Shown in pieces: positions 19,027 to 28,316 of a stretch of DNA of 64,000 nt; the first letter of the stretch is position 1; each line of letters starts with the position of its first letter. Below the pieces are notes generated by a model. It worked only from the letters and a program-made list of their open reading frames with translations, was not told the origin of the DNA and did not search any database. The position numbers and the translations under genes are program-made. The DNA is from an uncultured Candidatus Saccharibacteria bacterium (GTDB taxonomy: Bacteria; Patescibacteriota; Saccharimonadia; Saccharimonadales; AWTP1-31), in the NCBI GenBank assembly GCA_937903325.1, contig CALCZR010000058.1, positions 65,034 to 129,033 of the forward strand, given 5' to 3'.

Positions 19027-19101
19027 TCGGGAGTAGCTCAATGGTGGAGCAAGAAGCTGTTAACTTCGAGGTTGCCGGTTCGAGTCCGGCCTCCCGAGCC
19101 A
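19027..19101 (+). tRNA. tRNA-Asn: tRNA-Asn (anticodon GTT), CCA encoded
   Basis: Cloverleaf folded by hand. Acceptor TCGGGAG/CTCCCGA; D arm GCTC-AATGGTG-GAGC; anticodon loop CTGTTAA; T arm GCCGG-TTCGAGT-CCGGC; then G and CCA. Confidence 0.9.
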
Positions 19102-19114
19102 AGTATCGAACCAA

Positions 19115-19149
19115 AATAACAGAGGTGAATAGCCTCTGTTATTTTTATT
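19115..19149 (+). terminator. rho-independent terminator after tRNA-Asn
   Basis: An 11-bp stem (AATAACAGAGG / CCTCTGTTATT) with a 7-nt loop, followed by TTTATT. Confidence 0.75.
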
Positions 19150-19186
19150 GGGTGGACACAGCGACGGATTTCGAATCGTCTGATTA

Positions 19187-19215
19187 TTGACATGGGTCAA
19201 TGGTTATGCTAATAT
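19187..19215 (+). promoter_or_regulatory. sigma70-like promoter of the ABC-F leader region
   Basis: TTGACA, a 17-nt spacer, then TAATAT. Confidence 0.55.
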
Positions 19216-19244
19216 AGTTTAAACGTAAAGGAAGAACGTATCCA

Positions 19245-19268
19245 ATGATAGATCTAATCAACAGCTAA
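19245..19268 (+). CDS. putative 7-codon leader peptide (MIDLINS)
   Basis: AAGGAAG lies 10 nt upstream of the ATG. The ORF sits between the promoter and the attenuator hairpin of the ABC-F gene. Confidence 0.45.
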   Translation: MIDLINS

Positions 19269-19327
19269 GATGTCACGCTAACAGGCGCAAACTTTGCTAT
19301 TGATTTGATTTCATTACTAAAATTCTG

Positions 19328-19375
19328 AAAACCGAGCGTGCGTGACATTTGTCTGCCTGCTCGGTTTTTCTTTTG
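19328..19375 (+). terminator. attenuator terminator upstream of the ABC-F gene
   Basis: Stem AAAACCGAGC (19328..19337) pairs with GCTCGGTTTT (19359..19368), followed by a TCTTTT run. The hairpin ends about 25 nt before the ABC-F ATG. Confidence 0.65.
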
Positions 19376-19397
19376 GAAAGAAATAGAGGATAAAGTA

Positions 19398-20858
19398 ATG
19401 GCTTTTTTACGTCATATATACAAATCATTCCCGAATAAGACTGTTCTTGAGGACGTCGACCTGGCCATTAACCGTGGCGAAGTAGTCGCTCTAATTGGTG
19501 AAAACGGAGCTGGTAAAACAACTCTGTTGGAGATTCTCAGAGGAAAGCTCAAGCCCGATGCTGGAAGCGTTCAAGTTTCTGGTGTCGTTGGGTATGTTCC
19601 ACAGGAAGCAGTACTCGGGAAAACAATTCGACAAAGTTTTTCGGCTACGACGCAGTCCTGGCAGATTAATTACGCCCTGGGGCGAACAGGCTTAGGTGAC
19701 AAAAATCTAAGCACACCGATTAGCGTGTTAAGCGGCGGCCAGAAGACTCGGCTAGCCTTCGCAGGAGTTCTGGCGCAAGATCCAGAACCGTCCCTATTAC
19801 TACTGGATGAGCCGACTAACAACCTGGATGCAAACGGCCTGGTTTGGCTGGCGGATTTTGTTCGCAGCTTCGACGGAGCTGTGTTGCTCGTTAGTCACGA
19901 CCGTGAGTTCATTAACAACACGGCAACCAAAATTGCTGAGTTACACAACGGAAAGCTGACTCAATACGGTGGAGATTACGATTTTTACCGAGAGCAGAAA
20001 GGACTTGAGGAGGCCGCAGCACGGATGCGTTACCAACAGAATATCGAAGAGCGTAGCCACCTCACTAAAGCTATTACGGCTCAAAGAGAAAACAGTAAGC
20101 ATGCTCACGAACACTTTAAGTCATCCGATAACGATAAGATGCAGAACCACTACTTTAAGAACAGGGTGACTGTTAAGTATGGCAAGCAAGCTCGTATGCT
20201 GGAAAAGCGACTCGACCAGTTAGAAGAAGTCGAACGACCGGAATTCGCCAAAGATTACCGCATTGTTTTGGGTGGTGAAGTAGATAGTGGCAAATTGGTG
20301 CTTAGCTTGAACGAAATCTGCAAAGGATTTCCAGAACCAGTGCTTGACAGTGTGGATCTAGAAATCCGCGGCGGAGAACGAGTTCATGTGCAAGGCAAAA
20401 ATGGCAGCGGTAAAACTACACTGCTTACCATTGCTGCTAGACAGTCTAACCCAGATAGCGGGGAAGTCAGTTACGGCACAAGAATCAGCGTCGGCTATTT
20501 CTCACAGAATGTAGACGGCCTAGACCATCATACAACCGGGCTAAATAACCTTGTTGCAACCGAAGCTCAGATGACCGATATCTTCCGCGAAGCTCGCAGT
20601 CTAGAGCTAACTGACACTGACCTAAAGAAACCAGTGAGTGAGTTGTCGCGTGGTCAGCAGGCCAAGCTTGGCTTTGCCAAGTTGCTGCTTGGGTCACACC
20701 ATCTGCTGATCCTGGATGAGCCAACCAATCATCTGGACATTCCAACCAGAGAGCAGATTGAATCTGCTCTACTACAGTACCGTGGCGCAGTTCTGTTTGC
20801 GTCGCACGACAAGTACTTTGCCCAGAAACTAAAACCAACCAAGGAATTACAGCTATGA
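19398..20858 (+). CDS. ABC-F family ATPase (two ABC domains, no TM; ARE-like)
   Basis: Two Walker A motifs (GENGAGKTT and GKNGSGKTT) and two signature motifs (LSGGQ and LSRGQ), joined by a charged interdomain linker. GAGGA lies 8 nt upstream of the ATG at 19398. Confidence 0.9.
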   Translation: MAFLRHIYKSFPNKTVLEDVDLAINRGEVVALIGENGAGKTTLLEILRGKLKPDAGSVQVSGVVGYVPQEAVLGKTIRQSFSATTQSWQINYALGRTGLGDKNLSTPISVLSGGQKTRLAFAGVLAQDPEPSLLLLDEPTNNLDANGLVWLADFVRSFDGAVLLVSHDREFINNTATKIAELHNGKLTQYGGDYDFYREQKGLEEAAARMRYQQNIEERSHLTKAITAQRENSKHAHEHFKSSDNDKMQNHYFKNRVTVKYGKQARMLEKRLDQLEEVERPEFAKDYRIVLGGEVDSGKLVLSLNEICKGFPEPVLDSVDLEIRGGERVHVQGKNGSGKTTLLTIAARQSNPDSGEVSYGTRISVGYFSQNVDGLDHHTTGLNNLVATEAQMTDIFREARSLELTDTDLKKPVSELSRGQQAKLGFAKLLLGSHHLLILDEPTNHLDIPTREQIESALLQYRGAVLFASHDKYFAQKLKPTKELQL

Positions 20859-22030
20859 ATTTGCTAAAACATAACATGCGGGCTTTGTTCCGCTTTAGCT
20901 TCTTGTTCAGTTTCCAGCCCTACTATGGGGTACTGATACTGTACTTCGCACATATACTCCATTCATACACGCTTGGTACTAGCGTTTGGGCATTCGTTCA
21001 GATCGCCCAAGCAGCCTTGGAGATTCCCACCGGTGTTGTGTCCGATCGCTTTGGTAGAGTTGTTAGTTTACAGATCGGGACGTTGGCCAACCTGGCTGCA
21101 TTACTAATCTACGCTCTGTCGCCAAGTTATGTGCTTCTGTTGGTGGGCGCAGCACTGCAAGGACTTAACCTTGCCTTGTTCAGCGGCAACAACGACGCCT
21201 TAATGTATGACTCAGCACGACATGCCGGAGAAAAAGAAGGATTCCATCATCATTACAGTAAGATTAATATTGCCATGGAGGTCGCCGGCGCCATCTCTGC
21301 GATTATCGGGTCGATCCTGGCTGCCATCTCCTACTCCTTAGTATTGTGGATATCGGTAGTACCACAGGTTCTTGCCATGCTGGTTGCTACTACATTGATT
21401 GAACCACCAAGAACCACAGCGTTGTCTGGCAATATTCTGAGTCACCTTGGCGATGTCTATAGGTATTACAAAAAGAACGCCCACTTGCGCATGCTAAGTG
21501 TAGCTTCAATCATGAGTGAAGGAATAGGTGGTGCTTCGTGGAATATGATGCCAGCGTATTACCAACAGTACGTTCCGTTGTCATACGTCGGAAGCCTCAG
21601 GTCGGCTAACTATATTTGGAGTACAGTTGGTTTTAGAATAAGTGGTTGGTTCATGAAGCGGTTTAAACCAGCAACCATTTTGCTCGTCAGTGAGGCGTAT
21701 TCCCGAGCGGTTTCATTTATAGCTTTGGCAGTATCTTCGGTAGCTTCACCATTCATTATGGCATTCCATGGTCTACCATACGGCCCTAGTGACACCGCTA
21801 AACAACATCTACTACATGAAGAGTTTACCGATGCACAACGGGCGACCATGGCTTCGCTGAACTCGCTAGCAAGCAGCGGAGTCTATGCAGCTTTCTTGGT
21901 GCTAACTGGCTATCTAGCCGACAAATTCAGCCCGAGAGTTTCGATATTGGTCTGCAACATCTGTTTGCTACCGGTGTTTTTCATTACTCGAGCAACCTTC
22001 AGATCAAAGTTAAATGGTAATATTAAGTGA
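20855..22030 (+). CDS. MFS transporter
   Basis: About 12 TM segments and an MFS loop motif (GVVSDRFGR). The start overlaps the ABC-F stop (ATGA). Confidence 0.85.
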   Translation: MNLLKHNMRALFRFSFLFSFQPYYGVLILYFAHILHSYTLGTSVWAFVQIAQAALEIPTGVVSDRFGRVVSLQIGTLANLAALLIYALSPSYVLLLVGAALQGLNLALFSGNNDALMYDSARHAGEKEGFHHHYSKINIAMEVAGAISAIIGSILAAISYSLVLWISVVPQVLAMLVATTLIEPPRTTALSGNILSHLGDVYRYYKKNAHLRMLSVASIMSEGIGGASWNMMPAYYQQYVPLSYVGSLRSANYIWSTVGFRISGWFMKRFKPATILLVSEAYSRAVSFIALAVSSVASPFIMAFHGLPYGPSDTAKQHLLHEEFTDAQRATMASLNSLASSGVYAAFLVLTGYLADKFSPRVSILVCNICLLPVFFITRATFRSKLNGNIK

Positions 22031-22602
22031 TGAGTAGTAAAAATAAGACATATATTGTGTTCCTGCTCGGCTATCCGGGCGTAGGTAAACGAACCGTGGG
22101 TACTGCACTTGCAAAGCTCCTTGACGGAGTATTAGTGGATAACCAGCTGATCAATGTTCCGATACTCACTCTTTTTAAGTGGGATGGGAAGTTTCAGTTG
22201 CCACCAAATGTGTTTGATTACACAGCACCAATTAGGCAGGCGGTCCTTAAAACCATTGAAGAGCTGGCGCCTGCAACAAATAGCTACATATTCACAAACG
22301 TACTTGAGGCTGAGGACGCCGACGGTTCACAAAAAGAGTATGACAAGCTGCGGGCACTCGCAAAGCACCGTGGTTCTGTGTTCCAGGCTGTGCGTATAAC
22401 CTGTGACCCAGAAGTACAGATTACTAGGATCGATACTCCGGATCGGCGCGCACGGTTAAAGGGCTCCGATCCCGAAGGCTACCGTTGGTTCACCCAGAAT
22501 GTGCCACTATGGTGGCCGCCCGAAGATGATCTACTTACAATTGACTCAACGAGTGCAACTCCTGAGGAGTCTGCCAAACTGATCTATGATCACTTGCAGT
22601 AG
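22030..22602 (+). CDS. P-loop kinase-like protein (AAA_33 / chloramphenicol-phosphotransferase-like)
   Basis: Walker A in LLGYPGVGKRT. The start overlaps the MFS stop (TGATG). Confidence 0.6.
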   Translation: MSSKNKTYIVFLLGYPGVGKRTVGTALAKLLDGVLVDNQLINVPILTLFKWDGKFQLPPNVFDYTAPIRQAVLKTIEELAPATNSYIFTNVLEAEDADGSQKEYDKLRALAKHRGSVFQAVRITCDPEVQITRIDTPDRRARLKGSDPEGYRWFTQNVPLWWPPEDDLLTIDSTSATPEESAKLIYDHLQ

Positions 22603-22696
22603 CATTATAGTTGCAAAGTATGTCCACTGGGGGCAAGTTTAGAACCAAAGTGACAGAGGTTTCCGCCTTTGCTACTTACTTTGGTATCATAACTCC

Positions 22697-23107
22697 ATGA
22701 AAGTACTATTCGTTTGCCGTGGCAATGTTGCACGGAGCCAAATGGCCGAAGCGATATATAACAAGCTTACTAATTCCCAAGACGCAAATTCCGCAGGAAC
22801 ACACGTTGAGGCGCAAGGCGAAACACTTGGGGCGCGTAAAAAGCGAGTTGGCAGATCAGATGCCGTGGATGTCATGAATGACCATGGCCTTATACCAAAC
22901 GACAAGCAGCAAACTCAACTCACCAAAGACATGCTATCCGAGTACGATCTTGTGGTAAGCATGGCCGCCAAGAGATACACACCTAAGTGGTTATCTTCGT
23001 CACCAAAGTACGTCTATTGGAAGATAACAGACCCAAAAGGACGAGGCTATGAGATTACCAATCGAACCAGGCAACAAATCGAACGGAAGATTCGAGAGAT
23101 CACCTAG
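22697..23107 (+). CDS. low-molecular-weight phosphotyrosine phosphatase / ArsC-LMWP family
   Basis: CX5R(S) P-loop in VLFVCRGNVARSQMAE. An extended -10 (TGGTATCAT) lies 6 nt before the ATG. Confidence 0.85.
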   Translation: MKVLFVCRGNVARSQMAEAIYNKLTNSQDANSAGTHVEAQGETLGARKKRVGRSDAVDVMNDHGLIPNDKQQTQLTKDMLSEYDLVVSMAAKRYTPKWLSSSPKYVYWKITDPKGRGYEITNRTRQQIERKIREIT

Positions 23108-23177
23108 TTTTCTGTCGTAGATTTAATTAATTACGTAATTCTTTGTGCTTACAAGCATTTTGGCATACCATTTATGT

Positions 23178-23351
23178 ATGGCTCGTCCAGAAAACGATCA
23201 AACTAGTAAGCGGCGCCTCGGTCTGGTCGGGGCTAAGACCTACGCGGTCAGCATCCCCATTGAAATTGTGCGTCAGCTCAAACTCAAAAAGGGAGACGCC
23301 CTGATTGTACGACGGGTCAGTAACAAAATAGTCATTGAAAAAGGGGAATAA
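23178..23351 (+). CDS. AbrB/MazE/SpoVT-type DNA-binding protein
   Basis: SpoVT-AbrB-like segment AVSIPIEIVRQLKLKKGDALIV. I chose the ATG at 23178. The ORF ends 1 nt before glmS. Confidence 0.55.
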   Translation: MARPENDQTSKRRLGLVGAKTYAVSIPIEIVRQLKLKKGDALIVRRVSNKIVIEKGE

Positions 23352-23352
23352 T

Positions 23353-25161
23353 ATGTGCGGCATCATGGGGTATATCGGCAACAAGCCAGCAAAGAACGTA
23401 ATCTTTAACGGGCTCCAACGGCTCGAATATCGTGGCTACGACTCAGCCGGTATCGCAACTATTAATAAAGATCTGCAAGTCACCAAGGCCGTAGGCGAAA
23501 CCAGCAACCTAAACCTAGATGCTATCGATGACAAAGCCCACATGGGTATTGGTCATACACGCTGGGCAACTCATGGTAAGCCCACAGAAACCAACGCACA
23601 CCCCCACACGTACGGCGCCGTCACCCTTGTACATAACGGCATCATCGAGAATTATGAAGAACTAAGAGGCGTTATAGATACCTCAAGGCTCCAAAGCCAA
23701 ACCGACAGTGAAGTTTTAGCCGCCCTTATAGACCACTACTTCACCAAGAGCAAAGATCTACTCCAAGCTACTAAGTTGGCACTTGCTGACGCTAAAGGCA
23801 CACTTGGGATAGCCGTGATATCTAAGGCTAGCCCCGAACAGATTGTAGTAGCCCGGCGGGGAAGCCCCATCGTGATTGGTGTTGGCGATAAGCAACACTA
23901 CGTAGCCAGTGACCCCTCTGCCATTATTGACCATACCGACAAAGTTATTTACCTCGAAGACGACCAGATTGCCGTCGTAAAAGCCAATTCGGTTGGACTA
24001 TATGACCTCAAGTTAAACTCACAGGATTTTGCGGTTGAGACGCTAGAGAATAAGTCCGAATCGTTAGACAAAGGACACTTTGGTAGTTTCCTGGAGAAAG
24101 AGATACACGAACAACCAACGGCACTCGAGAACGTCATGCGAGGACGCGTCAGCAGCGACGAATCCATCGTATTGGGTGGCCCAAACCTCACCCAGGAAGA
24201 TATTGCAGGCCTTAAACACATCCTCATCATTGGCTGCGGCACAGCCTACTACGCCGGCTACTACGCCAAGTACGAACTAGAGAAGATCCTTGGTATACCG
24301 GTAAGTATTGAGCATGCCAGTGAGTTTAGGTACCGTTATGGTGCTTTTGATTCTGAAGCTACGCTCGCTATCTTCATGAGCCAGTCCGGCGAAACGGCAG
24401 ATACCCTGGCATCCCTCCGCGAAGCTAAACGTCGTGGTATGAAGACTATGGGTATCATTAACACGGTCGGTTCAACCATCGCACGCGAAGTAACCCACGG
24501 CGGTATCTACCTGCATGCTGGTGTCGAGTCGTCCGTTGCCAGTACCAAGGCCTACAGCTCCATGGTAGCCGCACTCCTGATGTTCGGTGGATTCATCGCC
24601 TACAAGCAAGGGAAAGATGCCACCACTACCCGCAAGATCGCCCATGAACTCCGGGCACTGCCAAACGAAATATCTCTCGCCACCGAGCAAATGCCTACCA
24701 TAGAGAAGCTGGCCCAGAAGCTCACCAAGTACCACGACTGGTTCTTCTTGGGCAGGGAAACACTGTATCCAGTAGCCCTCGAGGGAGCTCTTAAACTAAC
24801 TGAAGTAGCCTACATACATGCTCAGGCATTCCCCAGCGGAGAAATGAAACACGGCCCCATTGCACTCATTGACGAGAAACATATGTCGGTCCTATTACTA
24901 CCAGAAGATGGGTTGCTGTACAAAAAGAGCCTATCCGCTCTAGAGGAGATCAAAGCTCGCGGCGGTAAGACCCTCACCATCTCGACTCGTCCCAAAGAGC
25001 CACTTAGCGACTTCCATCTTGAAGTAGCCCATGTTGGCGAGTATACCGACGGCCTTATCTACAATGTATGTCTCCAACTACTGACGCTTGCCATAGCTAC
25101 CAAGAAGAACCTGAATATTGACCGGCCTCGAAATCTCGCTAAGTCTGTGACCGTAGAATAA
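23353..25161 (+). CDS. glmS: glutamine--fructose-6-phosphate aminotransferase
   Basis: MCGIMGYIG N-terminal nucleophile, two SIS domains, and a KSVTVE C-terminus. Confidence 0.97.
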   Translation: MCGIMGYIGNKPAKNVIFNGLQRLEYRGYDSAGIATINKDLQVTKAVGETSNLNLDAIDDKAHMGIGHTRWATHGKPTETNAHPHTYGAVTLVHNGIIENYEELRGVIDTSRLQSQTDSEVLAALIDHYFTKSKDLLQATKLALADAKGTLGIAVISKASPEQIVVARRGSPIVIGVGDKQHYVASDPSAIIDHTDKVIYLEDDQIAVVKANSVGLYDLKLNSQDFAVETLENKSESLDKGHFGSFLEKEIHEQPTALENVMRGRVSSDESIVLGGPNLTQEDIAGLKHILIIGCGTAYYAGYYAKYELEKILGIPVSIEHASEFRYRYGAFDSEATLAIFMSQSGETADTLASLREAKRRGMKTMGIINTVGSTIAREVTHGGIYLHAGVESSVASTKAYSSMVAALLMFGGFIAYKQGKDATTTRKIAHELRALPNEISLATEQMPTIEKLAQKLTKYHDWFFLGRETLYPVALEGALKLTEVAYIHAQAFPSGEMKHGPIALIDEKHMSVLLLPEDGLLYKKSLSALEEIKARGGKTLTISTRPKEPLSDFHLEVAHVGEYTDGLIYNVCLQLLTLAIATKKNLNIDRPRNLAKSVTVE

Positions 25162-25165
25162 GGTA

Positions 25166-25492
25166 TTACTTAGACTTCGAGCGATTATTAAGCACCCACT
25201 GCACCGACTTGCTGACTTCTTTGTCGGTTCGGTGGATACAGCCTATCCAGCAACATGGCCGACGTTTTCCTTCTTTGAGTTCTTTGGTAGTTCGCTTGAT
25301 GTGGTCTTTTCTAGTCGCTGCTTGCTTAACCGTAACATTCCAACAAATCCATTCATTGCGGGCCAGGGGAGTAAGACCGTTCCACAGAACCAGAGCCTTA
25401 CCATCTGCCAGGAGTGCTTTCTTCAGATCGGCAGGCATTTCGTGTACCACGCCCCCGGCGATCTGTGTGTTACTTGTTGGTGCAAATCTCAT
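25166..25492 (-). CDS. YdeI/OmpD-associated family protein
   Basis: LTPLARNEWICWNVTVKQAATRKDHI pattern. Several overlapping ORFs on other frames were rejected. Confidence 0.65.
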   Translation of the reverse strand: MRFAPTSNTQIAGGVVHEMPADLKKALLADGKALVLWNGLTPLARNEWICWNVTVKQAATRKDHIKRTTKELKEGKRRPCCWIGCIHRTDKEVSKSVQWVLNNRSKSK

Positions 25493-25539
25493 ACTATCCA
25501 GTGTATCTCAGCTTATGTTTAGTAAGCAAGGCATCAAAT

Positions 25540-26316
25540 TCAAGCGGCGTTACGCTCCGTAACAGAAGCTACAGCAGCGCCCAGACTAGCAGCAATCGCC
25601 TCCATATATGCACCAGCGGGTTGGCCAGGTCGTGGCGGAACCGGTTCACCAAATGCAATCTCAAGTTCCTTAGGAATGTTGCTTGTTTTCTCAGTTTTCG
25701 AAACGAGCGCAATAGGCAGCGCAGTAACCTCTTCCGTAAGAGACATGACCATACCAATACCTTCGCGTAAGATTGTGCCACCCTTAGTCCCGGCAGGAAA
25801 ACTACCCAAGACACTGAGCGGTGAAGTGATGAGGCGTTCCCCAGAATGACTTACTAACGCTTCGGTGACGGCCTCCTTCTCCTCGTCGGTCGGAGACAGT
25901 CCGAACTTGGCGTAATCACCGCTACGGTTAACAGATATTCCTCCCAGTCTGGTTACGATAGGCCCAAAGACCGGATGATTCATATATGGTGATGCTGCCC
26001 AAACATTGGTATATTCGACCCGGTCAATCAGAGCTGGCGTACCGAAAACCGCTGCTGCCGCAGCTATGGGATCATGGAGTTTCTCTAGACCTCGGTGGGT
26101 AAATGTTAGGGCTAAAGGGCCAGGCGGAATACTTCCGAAATAATCTTCCGCACTCACACCACCATGGTAAGAGAAATGCGGTTTAGCCAGTCGCATAGCA
26201 CCATTACCTACAATTTTCACCAGCCATGGATGGGGGTAATTCTTAAACGCTCTTTCATAGAATGCGTCAGGATTGGCTAATGCGTGGGCGGGGTGATCAG
26301 GGTTTCGTCTACTCAT
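25540..26316 (-). CDS. putative acyltransferase (PlsC-like); weak assignment
   Basis: The only evidence is the PVFGPIVTRLGGISVNRSG segment, which resembles an acyltransferase motif III. Confidence 0.4.
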   Translation of the reverse strand: MSRRNPDHPAHALANPDAFYERAFKNYPHPWLVKIVGNGAMRLAKPHFSYHGGVSAEDYFGSIPPGPLALTFTHRGLEKLHDPIAAAAAVFGTPALIDRVEYTNVWAASPYMNHPVFGPIVTRLGGISVNRSGDYAKFGLSPTDEEKEAVTEALVSHSGERLITSPLSVLGSFPAGTKGGTILREGIGMVMSLTEEVTALPIALVSKTEKTSNIPKELEIAFGEPVPPRPGQPAGAYMEAIAASLGAAVASVTERNAA

Positions 26317-26360
26317 ATAGTCACTATAGCCTCACACAGCCCTTTTGCAAAAAGCTCCTG

Positions 26361-27020
26361 CTAATATTCAAGTAGGTCTTTTAGGGCGCTCACGTCCTTA
26401 ATGGTTATCTGCTTCTTGCGGATACTAATATGACCCCCTTTAGTAAACTCCCGAAGTGTTTTACTAATACTCTCACGACTGACGTGCAAGAAGTTGGCAA
26501 TAGTATCCTGGGTTAGTGGCACCATTATTCGTGTGCCTTCGCTCGTCTCTTCACCGTAGTAGCGAGCCATGAGCATCAGCCAGCGCACACAGCGATTGTG
26601 TATGCGATTCTCGCCAAGGTAAATAACCAGGTCAGTGGTAAATATCCTAAACAGCAATGCCATCTGCAAATACTCTTGGTTAAACTTTGGTACTTTTGCC
26701 ACTTGCTTTAGGAAGTCGTCTCGATGCACCCGCAAGATAACTGTCTTGGTAATGGTCAGGTATTTTAGATCACCGCCGGCATCGTCAAAGAAAGAACGGT
26801 TCTGGGCAAAGATTGAATTTGGCACGAAGTAGCCTAACATCCGATCAACCCCGTCAGGGAAGGCGTAGCTAGCCTCTACAATACCGTCTTCTAGAAAATA
26901 GACCCAGGGCTGGGGATCATCGGCACGCACCAGCGTCTGTCGCTTCTCATATTCAAGGCGTTGCCCATGTTTTTCAAAGTAGGCGTGCATGGTTGGAGAT
27001 TCTGGAATAAAACTCTGCAT
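26361..27020 (-). CDS. Crp/Fnr family transcriptional regulator
   Basis: A cNMP-binding-like beta-roll plus a C-terminal helix-turn-helix (TQDTIANFLHVSRESISKTLREF). Confidence 0.85.
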   Translation of the reverse strand: MQSFIPESPTMHAYFEKHGQRLEYEKRQTLVRADDPQPWVYFLEDGIVEASYAFPDGVDRMLGYFVPNSIFAQNRSFFDDAGGDLKYLTITKTVILRVHRDDFLKQVAKVPKFNQEYLQMALLFRIFTTDLVIYLGENRIHNRCVRWLMLMARYYGEETSEGTRIMVPLTQDTIANFLHVSRESISKTLREFTKGGHISIRKKQITIKDVSALKDLLEY

Positions 27021-27114
27021 ATAGACATAATAGGGAATTCTTAACTTTTTGTGAAATGGATCACGAAAAAAGATTGAAATTTGTCACGTCAATCATAGGC
27101 TATACTAGAGATAT

Positions 27115-27785
27115 ATGAGTAAACACTACGTAATCTATTCTCATGGCTTTGGGTTCGTAAAGACGGCCGAGGCTTACTCACTGATATCGCCGCGACACTA
27201 CCCAAATACGAACACATCTTCTTCGACTACAACGACTTTGACGACACCGCTAACACTCTTACAGCACGCCCTCTCGACCAACAAGCCCAGATGCTTCTTG
27301 CGCAGATTACCGCCATTACAGAGAAGAAAGAAGATGTAGTCATAGACATTGTCGCCCACTCCCAAGGCTGCGTCGTAGCCGCTCTAGCCAATCCAAAACA
27401 CATTCGCCGTGTAGTGTTCCTAGCTCCACCAGCCCAATTCCTAGGGCTGGAGAAACGTGACATTCTTGCTGGCAGAGCAGGCGCAAAGACAGCAGAAGAC
27501 GGTACGGTCTATATGCCTCGCCGTGACGGTAGCACCACTATTATCAAGGAAGATTACTGGAAAAGCCGAGAAGGCATTCGGCCCATTGAACTCTATAATG
27601 AACTCGTGAAGAATACCGAGCTCGTCATTGTCTCTGCCACTAAGGACGAGATCCTCACCAGTACCGACTTTACTGGACTAGCCGAAGGTATCCAGATAAT
27701 CCAGCTCGAAGCAGACCACGACTTCACCGGAACATATCGCCCAGCACTCCTCGATACGATCACTGGCCTACTAAATAATAAGTGA
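27115..27785 (+). pseudogene. alpha/beta hydrolase interrupted by a 1-nt frameshift
   Basis: Frame 1 reads MSKHYVIYSHGFGFVK (HG oxyanion motif). From 27162 another frame continues DGRGLLTDIAATLPKYEHIFFDYNDF...AHSQG (nucleophile elbow). The switch is at about 27160..27162. Confidence 0.7.
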
Positions 27786-27853
27786 AGATTTATACACGAC
27801 TCCAAAGCCGACTGTGAAACAATAGAGTAAACAACATAAGAGGAGTAATAACC

Positions 27854-28312
27854 ATGCAACAAATAACACCCAACCTGTGGTTCGACGGTAACGCCAAAGA
27901 AGCAGTGGACTATTACGTTTCCGTCTTCCCAAACAGTAAAGTCATCTCAACTGCTTACTACCCTAAGACCGAAGCAGAAGGCCTTGCCGACTTCCAGAAA
28001 GACCTCGCAGGACAGCCGTTGGCAATTGAGTTTGAACTAAACGGCATGCACTTTACGGCCATTAACGCAGACTCCACCTTTAAGTTCACCGAAGCAACTT
28101 CGTTTGCCGTGTATTGTAAAGACCAGGAAGAAATAGATTTCTACTGGGAGAAACTATCTAAAGTTCCTGAATCAGAACAGTGCGGCTGGTGCAAAGACCA
28201 ATATGGATTAAGTTGGCAGATTGTTCCCGAGAACATGGAAGAACTCATGAGCAGACCTGGCGCCTACGCCAAGATGATGCAGATGCACAAGCTTGAGATA
28301 GATAAGTTCTAG
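27854..28312 (+). CDS. VOC / PhnB-like (3-demethylubiquinone-9 3-methyltransferase domain) protein
   Basis: ITPNLWFDGNAKEAVDYYVSVFPNS plus a QCGWCKDQYGLSWQI tail. AGGAG Shine-Dalgarno site upstream. Confidence 0.8.
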   Translation: MQQITPNLWFDGNAKEAVDYYVSVFPNSKVISTAYYPKTEAEGLADFQKDLAGQPLAIEFELNGMHFTAINADSTFKFTEATSFAVYCKDQEEIDFYWEKLSKVPESEQCGWCKDQYGLSWQIVPENMEELMSRPGAYAKMMQMHKLEIDKF

Positions 28313-28316
28313 ATAT

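Noticed and set aside
23108-23352. A glmS ribozyme upstream of glmS. Likewise a yybP-ykoY (Mn) riboswitch before the TerC gene at 49624, and an M-box before mgtE (61514) or corA (60185).
   Set aside because: glmS starts 1 nt after a small AbrB-like ORF. The TerC gene starts 1 nt after the yihY stop. The mgtE leader is only ~60 nt. None of the conserved riboswitch cores is visible, so there is neither room nor motif.
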